A DNA stretch of 64,000 nt, taken from positions 8,026 through 72,025 of the forward strand of contig CAVVJJ010000005.1 in the NCBI GenBank assembly GCA_963748525.1, in the 5' to 3' direction. The stretch comes from an uncultured Alphaproteobacteria bacterium. Lineage in GTDB: Bacteria > Pseudomonadota > Alphaproteobacteria > Rhizobiales > Rhodomicrobiaceae. Positions 23,986 to 34,106 of this stretch are shown piece after piece (within the stretch, counting starts at the first letter, position 1; each line of letters starts with the position of its first letter). The notes below the pieces were generated by a model. That model worked only from the letters and a program-made list of their open reading frames with translations, searched no databases and was not told where the DNA came from. Made by a program: the position numbers and the translations under genes.

Positions 23986-24303
23986 GACGAATGGCCTCGT
24001 CAATGTCTCTGAGGTTTTGCACACAATGGCCCCAATAGCGACGCGGATTGCCTTTCCCGCCTCTTGCGCTCAAGCCTCGATCGCGACCTGCTACCCAACT
24101 TGAACCCGCCTCAAAGGGAAATCCTGCGCAGGACAAACTATTTTTTGCCGATCCCCGGAGTGAAAGCCCGGCGATCCAAAATTTCAGGCGTCAGCGCAGG
24201 AAATCGCGAGGACCCGTGTTTAAGCCGATAAGTCCCTCACAGCTGCTGGCCACGGCGAGGTTCTAAAGCCTTCAGCTCCCAGGGGTTTCGTAGACATTCA
24301 AAA

Positions 24304-24915
24304 ATGGAGAGTTCCGTGGAACGCGATGACTACACATCGGGGGCGAAGTCGCTGCATTGGCTCATCGCTCTGTTGATTTTTTCCCTCTTCCCGATCGCCT
24401 GGGTCATGGGCGATTTGTCTGGCATCGAAAAAGCGCAAGCCTACAACTTACATAAGTCGCTCGGCATCATCGTATTGGCCTTGATGGCGCTCCGAATAAT
24501 ATGGCGGGGTTTACACGCTGCGCCCGCCTTGCCTGCCACGATGCCGAAGCTGGAGCAAGCCGCCGCTAAGTTTGGACATGTTGCTTTCTACGTGTTGCTT
24601 TTCGCGCTGCCCTTGACCGGCTGGGCGCTTATCTCGACCTCAACCAGACCATCGCTCTTTTTTGGATATACGGCCATCCCCGTGATCCCTTGGCTTAGCG
24701 ACCTGCCGGCCGAGGCTAAGATGGGCTACCACCAGATCTTCGAAGGTGCGCATAGCCTGCTGGCCAACGTGCTCCTCTTCCTTATCGCGGCGCATGTCGC
24801 GGCGGCCCTCCGCCACGCGGTTCTCCTCAAGGATGGAGTCTTTTCCCGCATGCTGCCTCGCTTTGGGCGCAGCGCCGAGCCGTCATCGCCAGCGCTCCTC
24901 GTGAAAAATCGCTGA
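24304..24915 (+). CDS. Cytochrome b561-family protein
   Basis: Reads SLHWLIALLIF...LHKSLGIIVLALMALRIIWR...FGHVAFYVLLFALPLTGW...AHVAAALRH. Confidence 0.85.
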   Translation: MESSVERDDYTSGAKSLHWLIALLIFSLFPIAWVMGDLSGIEKAQAYNLHKSLGIIVLALMALRIIWRGLHAAPALPATMPKLEQAAAKFGHVAFYVLLFALPLTGWALISTSTRPSLFFGYTAIPVIPWLSDLPAEAKMGYHQIFEGAHSLLANVLLFLIAAHVAAALRHAVLLKDGVFSRMLPRFGRSAEPSSPALLVKNR

Positions 24916-25322
24916 CATCGCACCCTGCCCGAAGAGCGCTCGACGGGCGGCAAAGGCGCAGGGTGAACACGTCACGGCTTCCACTCGAGACCATACCAAA
25001 ATCGAACCATGAAAATCGATATAGGGAGCACATCAGGATGATCTTTCGATCCTTGCCTGCAGAAATGCTAGGCTCCATTGTTCTGAAGCTTGGGCAGCCG
25101 ATAATGCGGACCACCCTTTCAACCGAAGCGCGTTGCGCATTGGGGCTTGCACCCTTAAACACCGGCCCTGCCATTTCCCTGCGCTTTCCGCGTCCCGGCC
25201 CAAATCTCGAGAATGGACGCGGCGCCCGTAACGAGCCACGGCGTCGGTTGCCCCACGTCCCCTGTGGGGTAAAAGCGTCGATTTTTTACACGCGATTTCA
25301 ATGATTCCGCTTATCCGCCAAC

Positions 25323-25348
25323 AGCCGAAGGAATTATTGCGACCGCGA
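25323..25348. repeat. Copy 2 of the dispersed intergenic repeat (agccgaaggaattattgcgaccgcga)
   Basis: See 17465..17490. Confidence 0.7.
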
Positions 25349-25467
25349 AGTAGTTTGGGCAGCGGCGCACATCGATCCCAATCACAACTGCGGATCTTCA
25401 GCTAGATCGGATTATCCCCGCGTGTACGGGGGACTTGAGGGTGCCGAGGCCCACTGCAGTCGCGCAT

Positions 25468-27252
25468 TTATCGGTGTGAACGCTTGTTGGCTGCAGTCCG
25501 GCGGCTAAGCGCCCACACATAGGCCGCAACGGCCTTCACCTGCGAAGAAGAAAGCTCTGCGCCGCCCATCGGAGGCATGGGCGATCGGTATTTTTTCGGC
25601 TCCGGCACACCGTTCTCGATCGTTTTTTCGATCGACTGCAGGCTTCCATCGCCCCAAAGCCAATGGCCGCTAACAAGGCTTGGCGCCAGCGGCGAGCCTT
25701 CGGCATTGGAGCCATGGCAACCGGCGCAGGTTGCCCCTTGGAAAATCTGAGCGCCAAGGGCAACCTGGTCTGGCGCTATGCCGGGAGGAGCGGGGAGGTT
25801 GGCCTCGCGGCCGGCGCCCGGATGAGCGCCTTCCGGAGGGCCAACGAGAGCGGGAGAAGTTGACGCGGAAGGAGCAGGCGCGGGCTGAAGTCCTGCCACG
25901 TCAGCTTTTCCGTTGTAACTGACGCGCCAAATCCGGCCCCGCTGATCGTCCGATATGTAGAGCGCGCCATCCGGGCCGATTGCCAACCCCGATGGCCTAT
26001 GGGCGGCTTGGCCCGGCTCCTTGATGGCGCCCGCGAAGCCGTCGGCAAACACCACGAACTTGCCGGAAGGTTTTCCTTCCGCGAGAGGCTGGAATACCAC
26101 GTTGTAGCCGCCTTGGGGGAAGGGCGCTCTGTTCCACGAGCCGTGAAAGGCGATAAAGGCGCCCTCCCGATAAGGCGATGGAAACTGCCCCCCTTTGTAG
26201 ATCGCGAGATCGTTCGGCGCCCAATGGGCTGGGAATGCTGCGACGGGACCCCGTTTTTCCGCGCAGAGGCCGATTATCTTGCCGTCGCCGCCATATTCCG
26301 GAGCGAGGACGAGCCTGCCCAACGTCAGGTCGAAGTAGCAATAGGGCCAGCCATAATCGGCGCCGCGTTCAAGCCGAACGAGTTCTTCGGCGGGCTCGTT
26401 GGCCCCTTGCTCCGGCGTGTAGAACTTGGGCCAGTTCTCCCGAAGCTGATCGCGGCCGTGCTGTGTCGCGAAAAGTCTTCCGGCGCTGTCGAAGGCAAAA
26501 CCTTCGCCATTCCGAAGGCCCGTTACAAAGCGCTCGGAAGGCGAAAAGCGCTGACCCGTTTTGTTGGCGTCGTAAAGCCACGTGCCGGCGCGCGTCTCCA
26601 ACTCGGCGCAGGGCTCGATCCCCGGCGAGTTTGGCATCCGGTTCTGTTTCTGGCAGGAGTTGGTCGGCGAGCCGAGGTCGACATACAGATTGCCTTGCGG
26701 GTCGATCGTGAAGGGATGCATCGGGTGATCGCCCGTGAGCGGCAGCCCCGAAACAATCACATCCGGACGTTGAGATGGATCGATGTTGCCATCGTGCAGC
26801 GCGTATCGTTCAATGCGATCATTTACTTCAGCGTAAAGCGCGCCCTTGTAGAGAGCGATGCCAGTGCCGCCTGCGTCTCCGCTCCGGATCGTCCCGCCGA
26901 AGCGGACAATCTTATCTGCGTGCCCGCTGCCCTTCATATCTTGTAAAGCGACAAGAAAGCCGCCGGGCGGAGGCTCGTCATACCCATAGTAGCGCCCGCT
27001 CCAGGTGTTGACGTAGACGACGCCATTCGGCGCAACTGCCATATGACGGGCATGGCCAATCTTGTCCGCGAAGACAGTGGCGCAGAAGCCCGGAGCAAGC
27101 GTGATGCCGCCGTTGCCGGAATCACAATTTGCGGCGCTGGGGTGCGCTTGCTCAGACGTTGCCGGTATCGCGAGAACAAGCAACAGGATCGCGATTATGA
27201 CAATCATCGCGAGAGGTTGCAGATCATCCTGACTTTTAGGACTGATGTTCAT
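25468..27252 (-). CDS. PQQ-dependent sugar (sorbosone/glucose-type) dehydrogenase with a C-terminal cytochrome c domain
   Basis: Beta-propeller motifs: HPMHPFTIDPQGNLYV, GADYGWPYCY, FHGSWNR, RPSGLAIGPDGALYISDD. The C-terminus carries the haem site CAGCHG. Confidence 0.85.
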   Translation of the reverse strand: MNISPKSQDDLQPLAMIVIIAILLLVLAIPATSEQAHPSAANCDSGNGGITLAPGFCATVFADKIGHARHMAVAPNGVVYVNTWSGRYYGYDEPPPGGFLVALQDMKGSGHADKIVRFGGTIRSGDAGGTGIALYKGALYAEVNDRIERYALHDGNIDPSQRPDVIVSGLPLTGDHPMHPFTIDPQGNLYVDLGSPTNSCQKQNRMPNSPGIEPCAELETRAGTWLYDANKTGQRFSPSERFVTGLRNGEGFAFDSAGRLFATQHGRDQLRENWPKFYTPEQGANEPAEELVRLERGADYGWPYCYFDLTLGRLVLAPEYGGDGKIIGLCAEKRGPVAAFPAHWAPNDLAIYKGGQFPSPYREGAFIAFHGSWNRAPFPQGGYNVVFQPLAEGKPSGKFVVFADGFAGAIKEPGQAAHRPSGLAIGPDGALYISDDQRGRIWRVSYNGKADVAGLQPAPAPSASTSPALVGPPEGAHPGAGREANLPAPPGIAPDQVALGAQIFQGATCAGCHGSNAEGSPLAPSLVSGHWLWGDGSLQSIEKTIENGVPEPKKYRSPMPPMGGAELSSSQVKAVAAYVWALSRRTAANKRSHR

Positions 27253-27324
27253 CGCCTGGGCTCCACTTTGGTGATCGCGAACGGAGGTCCCATTCGGTTG
27301 CCTACGGCCTGCGAGAGCGCAGCC

Positions 27325-28314
27325 TTAGGCGGCTTTCCGTTCAGGAGGCGCCATGAATTCAGGTCCCACAGGATCTTTCACGGTCTCTGCGAGAATTTGG
27401 TCCACGGCGCGCTTGGCCTCGCCGTCGAGAGACCAGCCGAAGACTTCGTTCACCGGCGCCAGCTGCTGCGGCGTTCGCGCGCCCCATAATGCGATGGTGT
27501 CGCCTGCGTCGAGCACCCAGCGAACGGCAAGGGCCAAGACCGTTTTGCCGTAGCGCTCTTTCGCGAAGTCATCCAGCTTTCGGACGGCGCTCAGATAGTG
27601 CTGCAGCCTCGGCGGCTGGAACTTGGGGTCCGATTTGCGGAGATCGTCGCCTTCATAAGCGGTCTTATCCGTAATTTTGCCAGTCAGCAGACCGCGGCAG
27701 AGGGCGCCGTAAGCCAAAACGGCGAGGCGATGCGCCTTCGCGTATGGTAAGACGGCTGTTTCGATTTCCCGCTCGAAAAGATTGTAGGGAGGCTGAACGC
27801 TGCTGAGCGGAGCGGCAGACCGAAAGCGATCCATCTGAGCCGGGGTGAAGTTACTGACCCCGATCGCCCGAATCTTGCCCTCCCGCTGAAAGCCGGCGAG
27901 GGTAGCCGCTGTTTCCTCGATGGGCACGCTTTCATCAGGCCAGTGCACTTGATAAAGATCGATGACGTCGGTTTGAAGCCTGCGAAGCGAATCCTCCAGT
28001 TCGGCGCGAAGCCTTTTCGGGGAGGAATTCCTGAAAATTTCGCCATCCCGCCATTCAAGGCCAACCTTGGTGGCGATAATCGCATTGGCGCGTCGGCCCC
28101 CTTCGAGAGCCTTGCCAACAATCTCTTCCGAGCGGCCGAAGCCGTAGACGGGCGCCGTGTCGATTACGTTGATGCCGGAGTCGAGAGCTGCATGGATCGT
28201 TCGGATCCCGTCTTTCTCGTCGCTGCCGCCCCACATCCAGCCCCCGATGGCCCAGGTTCCGAGCGCGACGCGTGAGGCTGGCCGCGCCAGGCCCTCGATT
28301 TCGATATGCTCCAT
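27325..28314 (-). CDS. Aldo/keto reductase
   Basis: Reads MEHIEIEGL...LGTWAIGGWMWGGSDEKDGIRTIHAALDSGINVIDTAPVYGFGRSEEIVGKAL. ATG at 28314. Confidence 0.9.
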   Translation of the reverse strand: MEHIEIEGLARPASRVALGTWAIGGWMWGGSDEKDGIRTIHAALDSGINVIDTAPVYGFGRSEEIVGKALEGGRRANAIIATKVGLEWRDGEIFRNSSPKRLRAELEDSLRRLQTDVIDLYQVHWPDESVPIEETAATLAGFQREGKIRAIGVSNFTPAQMDRFRSAAPLSSVQPPYNLFEREIETAVLPYAKAHRLAVLAYGALCRGLLTGKITDKTAYEGDDLRKSDPKFQPPRLQHYLSAVRKLDDFAKERYGKTVLALAVRWVLDAGDTIALWGARTPQQLAPVNEVFGWSLDGEAKRAVDQILAETVKDPVGPEFMAPPERKAA

Positions 28315-28720
28315 GTTGTTCTGCCGTTTGACGTTCCGGGTTGCTTGAGGCGCATCGACGCTTGCAGGGAGCGAGCCTCTATTCCGGTCTATTAACTTCC
28401 GTTCAGGAAAGCCGATCCAAAAGCTTGCGCCAAGTGGTGCAGGAGTTCTTACGAACTCGCCGAATCTTGCAGCAATATTCGCGCCTGCGCCCTTTTCGGC
28501 GGAGCGGGAGACAACTCTGGTTTCGGTAAGCGGATTGGCCGCGCTCGTCGTTAATGTCACGGCGCGGTCGGCTGTAGCGGCGCGTTGCGCTCACGCCGCT
28601 CCTGGTGCACGACGCCCGGACCGCTTGCCGGCGCCGCAGATGATCTCCACGTCCTTAGGACGGCGATTTGATCGAACCAACCCCGGTCAAATCGGGCGCC
28701 ATCGTGCGAGAGATTTTCGG

Positions 28721-29437
28721 ATGGATAAGCCAGCACTCAGACCAATTACTGTCCCCTGGCCGGTCCCCGTCGTGTTGAGCATCGTCGCCGGCTACGTCGA
28801 CAGCTGCACCTATCTCGGACTATTTGGCGTTTTCGTCGCGCAGGTGACGGGTAGCTTCGTCCTTGCCGGAACGCAATATTTCAAGAGCGAGCCAGGCGCG
28901 CTTGCCAAACTTCTCGCTATCCCTTTTTTCTTTTTCGCAGGCATGGCCGTAACGTTGCTTGTTTATTCGATGAGAGAGCGCCCACGCGCCGCTTTAGCTT
29001 GGAGTTTGGCGGCCGAATGCATCTTGTTGATTGGATTCTTGGCTTCGGGTCTCGCCGCCACGCCCTTTCGCGGTCCGGACACGCCGGACGCCATTATCGC
29101 CCTAATGTTTGGAATGACGGCAATGGGCGTGCAAAGCGCGATCGTGCGGCTGCTGATGCGGGGCATGCCCTCGACCAACGTCATGACCACGAATACAACA
29201 ATGCTCGCCATCAATGCGGCTGAAATGCTGCTTGGATGGATCCAGCGCCGCAAAGCCGATAATCCAGATTTTGCTAAGGCGCGCCGCGAGTTCGCCGTTC
29301 TGCTCCCTCTTGGGCTAGGGTTCCTGGGGGGAACCGCGCTCGGAGCTGTTGCCTACCTCACTGTTGGACTGCTCTGCGTAGTGTTGGCGGTTCTGCCAGT
29401 AGGGTATATGGCGGCGTGGTACATGCGCCGCTTATAG
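28721..29437 (+). CDS. YoaK/DUF1275-family membrane protein
   Basis: Reads LSIVAGYVDSCTYLGLFGVFVAQVTGSFVLAG and has multiple TM segments. Confidence 0.8.
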   Translation: MDKPALRPITVPWPVPVVLSIVAGYVDSCTYLGLFGVFVAQVTGSFVLAGTQYFKSEPGALAKLLAIPFFFFAGMAVTLLVYSMRERPRAALAWSLAAECILLIGFLASGLAATPFRGPDTPDAIIALMFGMTAMGVQSAIVRLLMRGMPSTNVMTTNTTMLAINAAEMLLGWIQRRKADNPDFAKARREFAVLLPLGLGFLGGTALGAVAYLTVGLLCVVLAVLPVGYMAAWYMRRL

Positions 29438-29611
29438 GCCAAGTCACACTGGCCTCACCGGCTGCAAAGATTAACGCTTCTGGCTAAGCCGGAGATGACC
29501 CACATCGGGCTGGCGGCTTCCTGCGAACGCGACTAGGTCGCACCCGTAGCGCGCTCCGTGTGCGGCTTAGTCCCGGATCGAATGCGATCAATAGCCCCAA
29601 TAACGGCCCCG

Positions 29612-31027
29612 TCACTGCCGCCGTTCGCGCAGGAATTGGAAGAACTCAACGCCCTCGCGGAGGCGCCGCTTCATCATAGTGGGGCTCACCGCCATCTCGG
29701 CCACGATGGCCGCGATCTTCGGCGCGCGGAAATAGAAGCGCTTGTAGAATTCCTCAACCGAGTTGAAGATCTCCGTGTGGCTCAGATGCGGATAGCTCAA
29801 CGGCGCGAGCTGCACGCCGTTCTCGTCTACGTAATGGCGATCTTCGCTGAGCCAGCCTTCCTCAATCGCCTGCTTGTAGAGATGGGTGCCGGGATAGGGC
29901 GCGGCGAGCGACACCTGGATGGTGTGCGGATTGATCGCCTGCGCAAAGCGGATTGTCTCCTCGATGGTCTCGCGCGTCTCGCCCGGCAGCCCCAGGATGA
30001 ACGTGCCATGGATGGCGATGCCAAGCTCGCGGCAGTCCTTGGTGAAGCGGCGCGCCACATCGACGAGCATGCCCTTCTTGATGTTGTGCAGGATTTGCTG
30101 GTTGCCGCTTTCGTAGCCGACGAGCAGGAGCCTGAGCCCGTTGTCCTTCAGCACCTCCAGCGTCTTGCGCGGCACATTCGCCTTCGCGTTGCACGACCAG
30201 GTTACGCCGAGCTTGCCCATTTCGCGGGCGATGGCCTCGGCGCGCGCCGTGTCGTCGGTGAACGTGTCGTCGTCGAAGAAGATCTCCTTCACTTCCGGGA
30301 AGTTCGCTTTCGCCCAGCGTATCTCCTCCATGACATGGCCGACGCTCCGCGTGCGGTAGCGATGCCCGCCGATCGTTTGCGGCCAGAGGCAGAAGGTGCA
30401 GCGCGACTTGCAGCCCCGCCCGGTGTAGAGCGACAGATAAGGGTGCTTCAGATAGCCGATAAAGTATTTCTGGATGTCGAGGTCGCGCTTGTAGATGGGC
30501 GTAACGAAGGGCAGGAGGTCCATGTTTTCGAGGATTGGGCGATCCTCGTTATGAACGAGCGCGCCTTGGGAGTTGCGGTAGGAGAGACCCTTGATCGCGT
30601 CCCAATCGCGGCCCTCGGCCAGCTCCTTGACCGTGAAATCGTATTCCTCGCGCGCGACGAAATCGATGGCCTCAGACGCCGCGAGGCTTCCTTCCGGGTC
30701 GACGGCGACCTTCGCGCCGATGAGGCCGATCTTAAGGCCCGGCTTCGCCTCCTTCAGCGCCTCCAGCGCCGCCACGTCCGTCGGGAAGGACGGCGTGGAG
30801 GTGTGACAGATCACGGAGTCGAAATGATCGACTTCTCGAATGACTTCTTCGAGGCCGATTCCGTGCGGCGGCGCGTCGATCAGCTTGCCGGAGGGCGCCA
30901 TCGCCGCGGCCTGAGCCAGCCAGGTCGGATACCAGAAGGAACAGATTTCGCGGCGCGCCTGATAGCGCGAGCCCGCGCCGCCGTCGAAGCCGTCGAAAGA
31001 GGGGGCCTGCAAAAACAGGATGTTCAT
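29612..31027 (-). CDS. hpnJ: Hopanoid-biosynthesis-associated radical SAM protein HpnJ
   Basis: Reads MNILFLQAPSFDGFDGGAGSRYQARREICSFWYPTWLAQAAA...YTGRGCKSRCTFCLWPQT. Confidence 0.85.
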   Translation of the reverse strand: MNILFLQAPSFDGFDGGAGSRYQARREICSFWYPTWLAQAAAMAPSGKLIDAPPHGIGLEEVIREVDHFDSVICHTSTPSFPTDVAALEALKEAKPGLKIGLIGAKVAVDPEGSLAASEAIDFVAREEYDFTVKELAEGRDWDAIKGLSYRNSQGALVHNEDRPILENMDLLPFVTPIYKRDLDIQKYFIGYLKHPYLSLYTGRGCKSRCTFCLWPQTIGGHRYRTRSVGHVMEEIRWAKANFPEVKEIFFDDDTFTDDTARAEAIAREMGKLGVTWSCNAKANVPRKTLEVLKDNGLRLLLVGYESGNQQILHNIKKGMLVDVARRFTKDCRELGIAIHGTFILGLPGETRETIEETIRFAQAINPHTIQVSLAAPYPGTHLYKQAIEEGWLSEDRHYVDENGVQLAPLSYPHLSHTEIFNSVEEFYKRFYFRAPKIAAIVAEMAVSPTMMKRRLREGVEFFQFLRERRQ

Positions 31028-31036
31028 CAGCGTCTC

Positions 31037-32254
31037 CTAACGATTGACGAGCGTGCCGTCTGCAAGCACGTCATACGAAGCGCGCTTCCAGGATATGCCG
31101 GTTCCGCACAAGCTCCAGACGAATACGGCAAACGCGAGGAGGTCGGCCGCGGGCAGCAGCCAGTAGTCCTGGCGGCCAAGCTTGAAGGAGCGTTCCACCG
31201 CCATGCAGACGCTGATGCGCAATCCGACCGCCAGCGCCGCGAGCGCAAGACAAGCGCCATTGCCGGCCGCGGCGCCGAGAACCGCCAGCGCGAAGGGATG
31301 CGCGACGAACGAGCCGAGATAGCCCGGCAGGTCGATGGAGCGCACGGTGCGCGCCCAGCGAAGCTGATGGCGAAACAGATCGAGGAAGCTTTCCTCATGG
31401 CAGACATGGGCCACCGATGTTGCGCCGATCTCCACGCTAAGCCCCATTTTGCGCACGGCCGCTCCAATCGCATAGTCGTCTGCAAGCTGGTTCGCGAACG
31501 CCTCAAAGCCGCCAATCGCCTCAAGCGTCTTTCGCCTTAGCGCGATGGTCGAGCCGAAGCAAGGCTTCGCAAGCCCAAGCGCCAGCCCCACGAGCACATT
31601 TGGCAGGAAATGCGTGTTGATGCCGAGGCTTGCAAATTTGGACCAGACCGGCCCCTCCGCCTCGCCTGTGTAGAGAACGGTGACGGCGCCCGCGCCCGGC
31701 TTCTGAAGAAGAGCCACGACGTTTCGCAGATAATCGGGCGGAACGAGAATATCGCTGTCCGCCGCGATCAAAATGTCATGCGCCGCGGCCCTCTGCATAT
31801 TGATGAGGTTCGTGACTTTCGCGTTTGTCCCATGCGACGCTCCGTCGACCGCTATGGCCATGTCGGCATCCGGGAGCCGCGACTTCACGCGCTGCGCCAC
31901 GGGCAGAGCTTGGTCCGCGCCATCGTGCAGGCCAAAGACGATCTGCACGGGCGCGCCGTAATCCTGGACGCAAAATGAGGTCAAGCATTCGGCGAGGCTC
32001 GGCTCATCGCCGTGAAGCGGCTTCAGGATGGTCACAGCCTCGGGCGCAGCCGCGGCATTGCAACCGCGAGGCCGAAGCAGAACGATCAAAATCGCCGCGA
32101 CAAGATAGAGGCAGCCGAGGCAGGCCACGGCCGCGCAGATCCCCCCAAACTGCGAGATCACGACGCGCGCCCCCGGCTGACCTTTGCTCCGAACCTTTCG
32201 TCCAGCTCCTCGCGCGGCACGGAAACGCAAAGTCGATAACCGCTGGGGCTGCAA
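31037..32254 (-). CDS. hpnI: Hopanoid-biosynthesis-associated glycosyltransferase HpnI. The start is uncertain (a GTG near 32164 is plausible).
   Basis: Reads VTILKPLHGDEPSLAECLTSFCVQDYGAPVQIVFGLHD...ILIAADSDILVPPDYL. It lies directly upstream of hpnJ. Confidence 0.8.
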   Translation of the reverse strand: MQPQRLSTLRFRAARGAGRKVRSKGQPGARVVISQFGGICAAVACLGCLYLVAAILIVLLRPRGCNAAAAPEAVTILKPLHGDEPSLAECLTSFCVQDYGAPVQIVFGLHDGADQALPVAQRVKSRLPDADMAIAVDGASHGTNAKVTNLINMQRAAAHDILIAADSDILVPPDYLRNVVALLQKPGAGAVTVLYTGEAEGPVWSKFASLGINTHFLPNVLVGLALGLAKPCFGSTIALRRKTLEAIGGFEAFANQLADDYAIGAAVRKMGLSVEIGATSVAHVCHEESFLDLFRHQLRWARTVRSIDLPGYLGSFVAHPFALAVLGAAAGNGACLALAALAVGLRISVCMAVERSFKLGRQDYWLLPAADLLAFAVFVWSLCGTGISWKRASYDVLADGTLVNR

Positions 32255-32869
32255 GCCCGATCAATCATGAAAATCAATATGTTCTCCGCGATCCGGCGGC
32301 CGAAACCCGCTCCGCCATGAAGTTCGCCGGACCCGAAGCGGATCCGCCCCGCAAGCTCAAAAGCCGCTCCCTCTTTTCCGCCCCGCCAAGCGTCATCTCC
32401 GCCTTTATCGCCCCGCAAGCTTAGGATGCGTCGGCCACTGAGAATAGATTGAGAGAATGGACCAAACTACGGCTGTACGCCAGCGCCTACATGATCGCGC
32501 TACGGTGCTCGGACGGGATGGGTATCTTCTCGTTCCAAAAGGATGGAGTTCGGCGATCGTTGCGCCCGCAAGTGTGATTGTCCACCAATCGAGCATGCGG
32601 CGAGATTGAAGCTCCGTCAGACAGATGCGGAAAACCCACGCCGTATCGAAGAAATAGCAGGAAACGCCGCTACGGCCTTTAGCGCTGCGGGACGGATCGG
32701 ATAGAGCCGCGTGGCCGGAATTCGACGTCTGAACGCATTGTTATGCGGCGATAGACAGGCAGTTAATCTTATTTGGACCACCCTTGAGACGATAAATATT
32801 ACAAAAACGGAACATTCACCCGCCCCATATAATTTGATCTTGACACGGAATCAACAAAGGGAGGCCGTT

Positions 32870-33856
32870 GTGTTCAGTCGGCATGTTAGAAATATATCTC
32901 TTCTAAACTCAAGCGCAGGCTTATGCTTGATAATCGCGGGGCTCGCGCCTTTCGGTGTTTCAGTCGCGCAAGCGAATATTCCAGACGCTTCGTCGCTGTC
33001 GTCCAGCTTCGCGTCTCCGCTCGGCGTCCTCAAGGAAGCGCAGGATGTTTATTCGAAGGAATTCGGGATGGTTTCCGCGATGCCGGGCGGCAGCCTCGCT
33101 CCGCGCGAAAAAGCCGCGAAGGCTCTGGAGGAAATCAGGTCGAGAGTTCTTCAGGTTCGCAATTCGGATAAGGTTCCGGGCGATCTCCTGAACGATACGC
33201 TCGTAGCCATCGACGAAGCGCAGACTGCGCTTTTGACCGACGGCGCGCAGACAATCGCTTATTCGCTTGCGACTGTCGGCCAGGAAATTCAAGCCATCGA
33301 GGCCAAGCTATCCGGCAACGCGCCCCAGACAGCCATGCAGTCCGCCATGGCCCAGCAGCCAGCGCAAGCCCAACCGCAATACCCGGCGCCGCAAGCCGCG
33401 CCCGAGCAGCGGCAGCAGCCCCAGCAGATGGCGGCTAATGAGCCCAACCCGCAAACGGCGGCCAATGAGGCCAAGCCGCAAACGGCGGCTAATGAGCCCA
33501 AGCCGCAAATGGCGGCCAATGAGTCCAAGCCCCAGACCGAGGCGGCTAAGCCCAGCGCGGCTGAAGCCACTCAGCCGAACCCCGCTCAGAACACAATCGC
33601 CAACCGGCCGCGAAACGATATCGTCGGCAAGACCCTCTATGACAGCGCCGGCAATGAGGTCGCCAAGATCCAGGACGTGAAAACTGCTCCGGACGGCAAG
33701 ATCCAGGCTGTCGAGATCGATGTCGGCGGGTTCCTGGGCATTGGCGCAAGACGCATCCCCGTACCCGTCGATCAGCTGCAACTGAAGGGCGATCGCATCC
33801 AGGCGACGTCGCTGACACAGGATCAGATCCGGAACCTCCCCCACGAAGCGAAGTAG
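32870..33856 (+). CDS. Secreted PRC-barrel domain protein with a Pro/Gln-rich repeat linker
   Basis: The GTG at 32870 lies 5 nt after AAAGGGAGG. There is a signal-like N-terminus, and the C-terminus reads IVGKTLYDSAGNEVAKIQDVKTAPDGKIQAVEIDVGGFLGIGARRIPVPVDQL. Confidence 0.75.
   Translation: MFSRHVRNISLLNSSAGLCLIIAGLAPFGVSVAQANIPDASSLSSSFASPLGVLKEAQDVYSKEFGMVSAMPGGSLAPREKAAKALEEIRSRVLQVRNSDKVPGDLLNDTLVAIDEAQTALLTDGAQTIAYSLATVGQEIQAIEAKLSGNAPQTAMQSAMAQQPAQAQPQYPAPQAAPEQRQQPQQMAANEPNPQTAANEAKPQTAANEPKPQMAANESKPQTEAAKPSAAEATQPNPAQNTIANRPRNDIVGKTLYDSAGNEVAKIQDVKTAPDGKIQAVEIDVGGFLGIGARRIPVPVDQLQLKGDRIQATSLTQDQIRNLPHEAK
33431..33538 (+). repeat. Four tandem 27-bp coding repeats (AANEPKPQT units) inside the PRC-barrel gene
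   Basis: The units gcggctaatgagcccaacccgcaaacg / gcggccaatgaggccaagccgcaaacg / gcggctaatgagcccaagccgcaaatg / gcggccaatgagtccaagccccagacc were read directly. Confidence 0.85.
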
Positions 33857-33874
33857 CTTTCTGTCCGCGCAGCA

Positions 33875-33902
33875 GGGCCGGCCGCTCGGGCGGCCCTTTT
33901 TT
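33875..33902 (+). terminator. Rho-independent terminator after the PRC-barrel gene
   Basis: GGGCCGGCC-gctc-GGGCGGCCC followed by TTTTTT. Confidence 0.7.
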
Positions 33903-34106
33903 GCGCCCGCAAGCTGGGGATGAGCGGCCGCGGCCGGGCTGACAACCCCCTCGCGGCAGGCCTACTATGGCGCGGCTGACGAGTCGGATGCTTTCTGGGG
34001 TTGTTTCGGCCATGCGCAATGATGGTGTCGGGTGAGCGATCTCTTTCAGTTCAACGAGGCCGCCCTGCCTTGGAACGCCGAGCAGAAGCCTCCATGTTCC
34101 CATGGC

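Noticed and set aside
24963-25304. A 113-aa ORF in the 550-bp gap between the cytochrome b561 gene and the PQQ dehydrogenase.
   Set aside because: It has no recognisable motifs and no SD, and it competes with an overlapping opposite-strand ORF. The gap is better described as non-coding and carrying the dispersed repeat.
25408-25434. cggattatccccgcgtgtacgggggac resembles a type I-E CRISPR repeat in reverse orientation (GGGGATAA..CCG with a CCCCG/CGGGG stem).
   Set aside because: Only one copy exists. No second repeat is found at spacer distance on either side, and there are no cas genes in the window. It lies about 35 nt downstream of the PQQ-dehydrogenase stop, so it is more simply a terminator-like hairpin. 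At most it is a solo repeat relic.
29558-31540. A 660-aa ORF on the plus strand. Similar long ORFs occur at 37506..38687(+), 15148..16278(-), 34722..36200(-), 50604..51716(-), 59284..61341(+), 8231..9199(+) and 43567..44550(+).
   Set aside because: Each is antisense to a gene with clear family motifs (hpnJ/hpnI, phaC, CHAT, recG, pyrG, gltX/comEC, the transposase, trpG). Their products are Arg/Ala/Gly-rich low-complexity sequence, which is the usual antisense open-frame artefact of high-GC DNA.
32840-32845. A TTGACA hexamer upstream of the PRC-barrel gene, considered as a -35 box.
   Set aside because: It lies only about 25 nt from the start codon, so a -10 element would overlap the ribosome-binding site.
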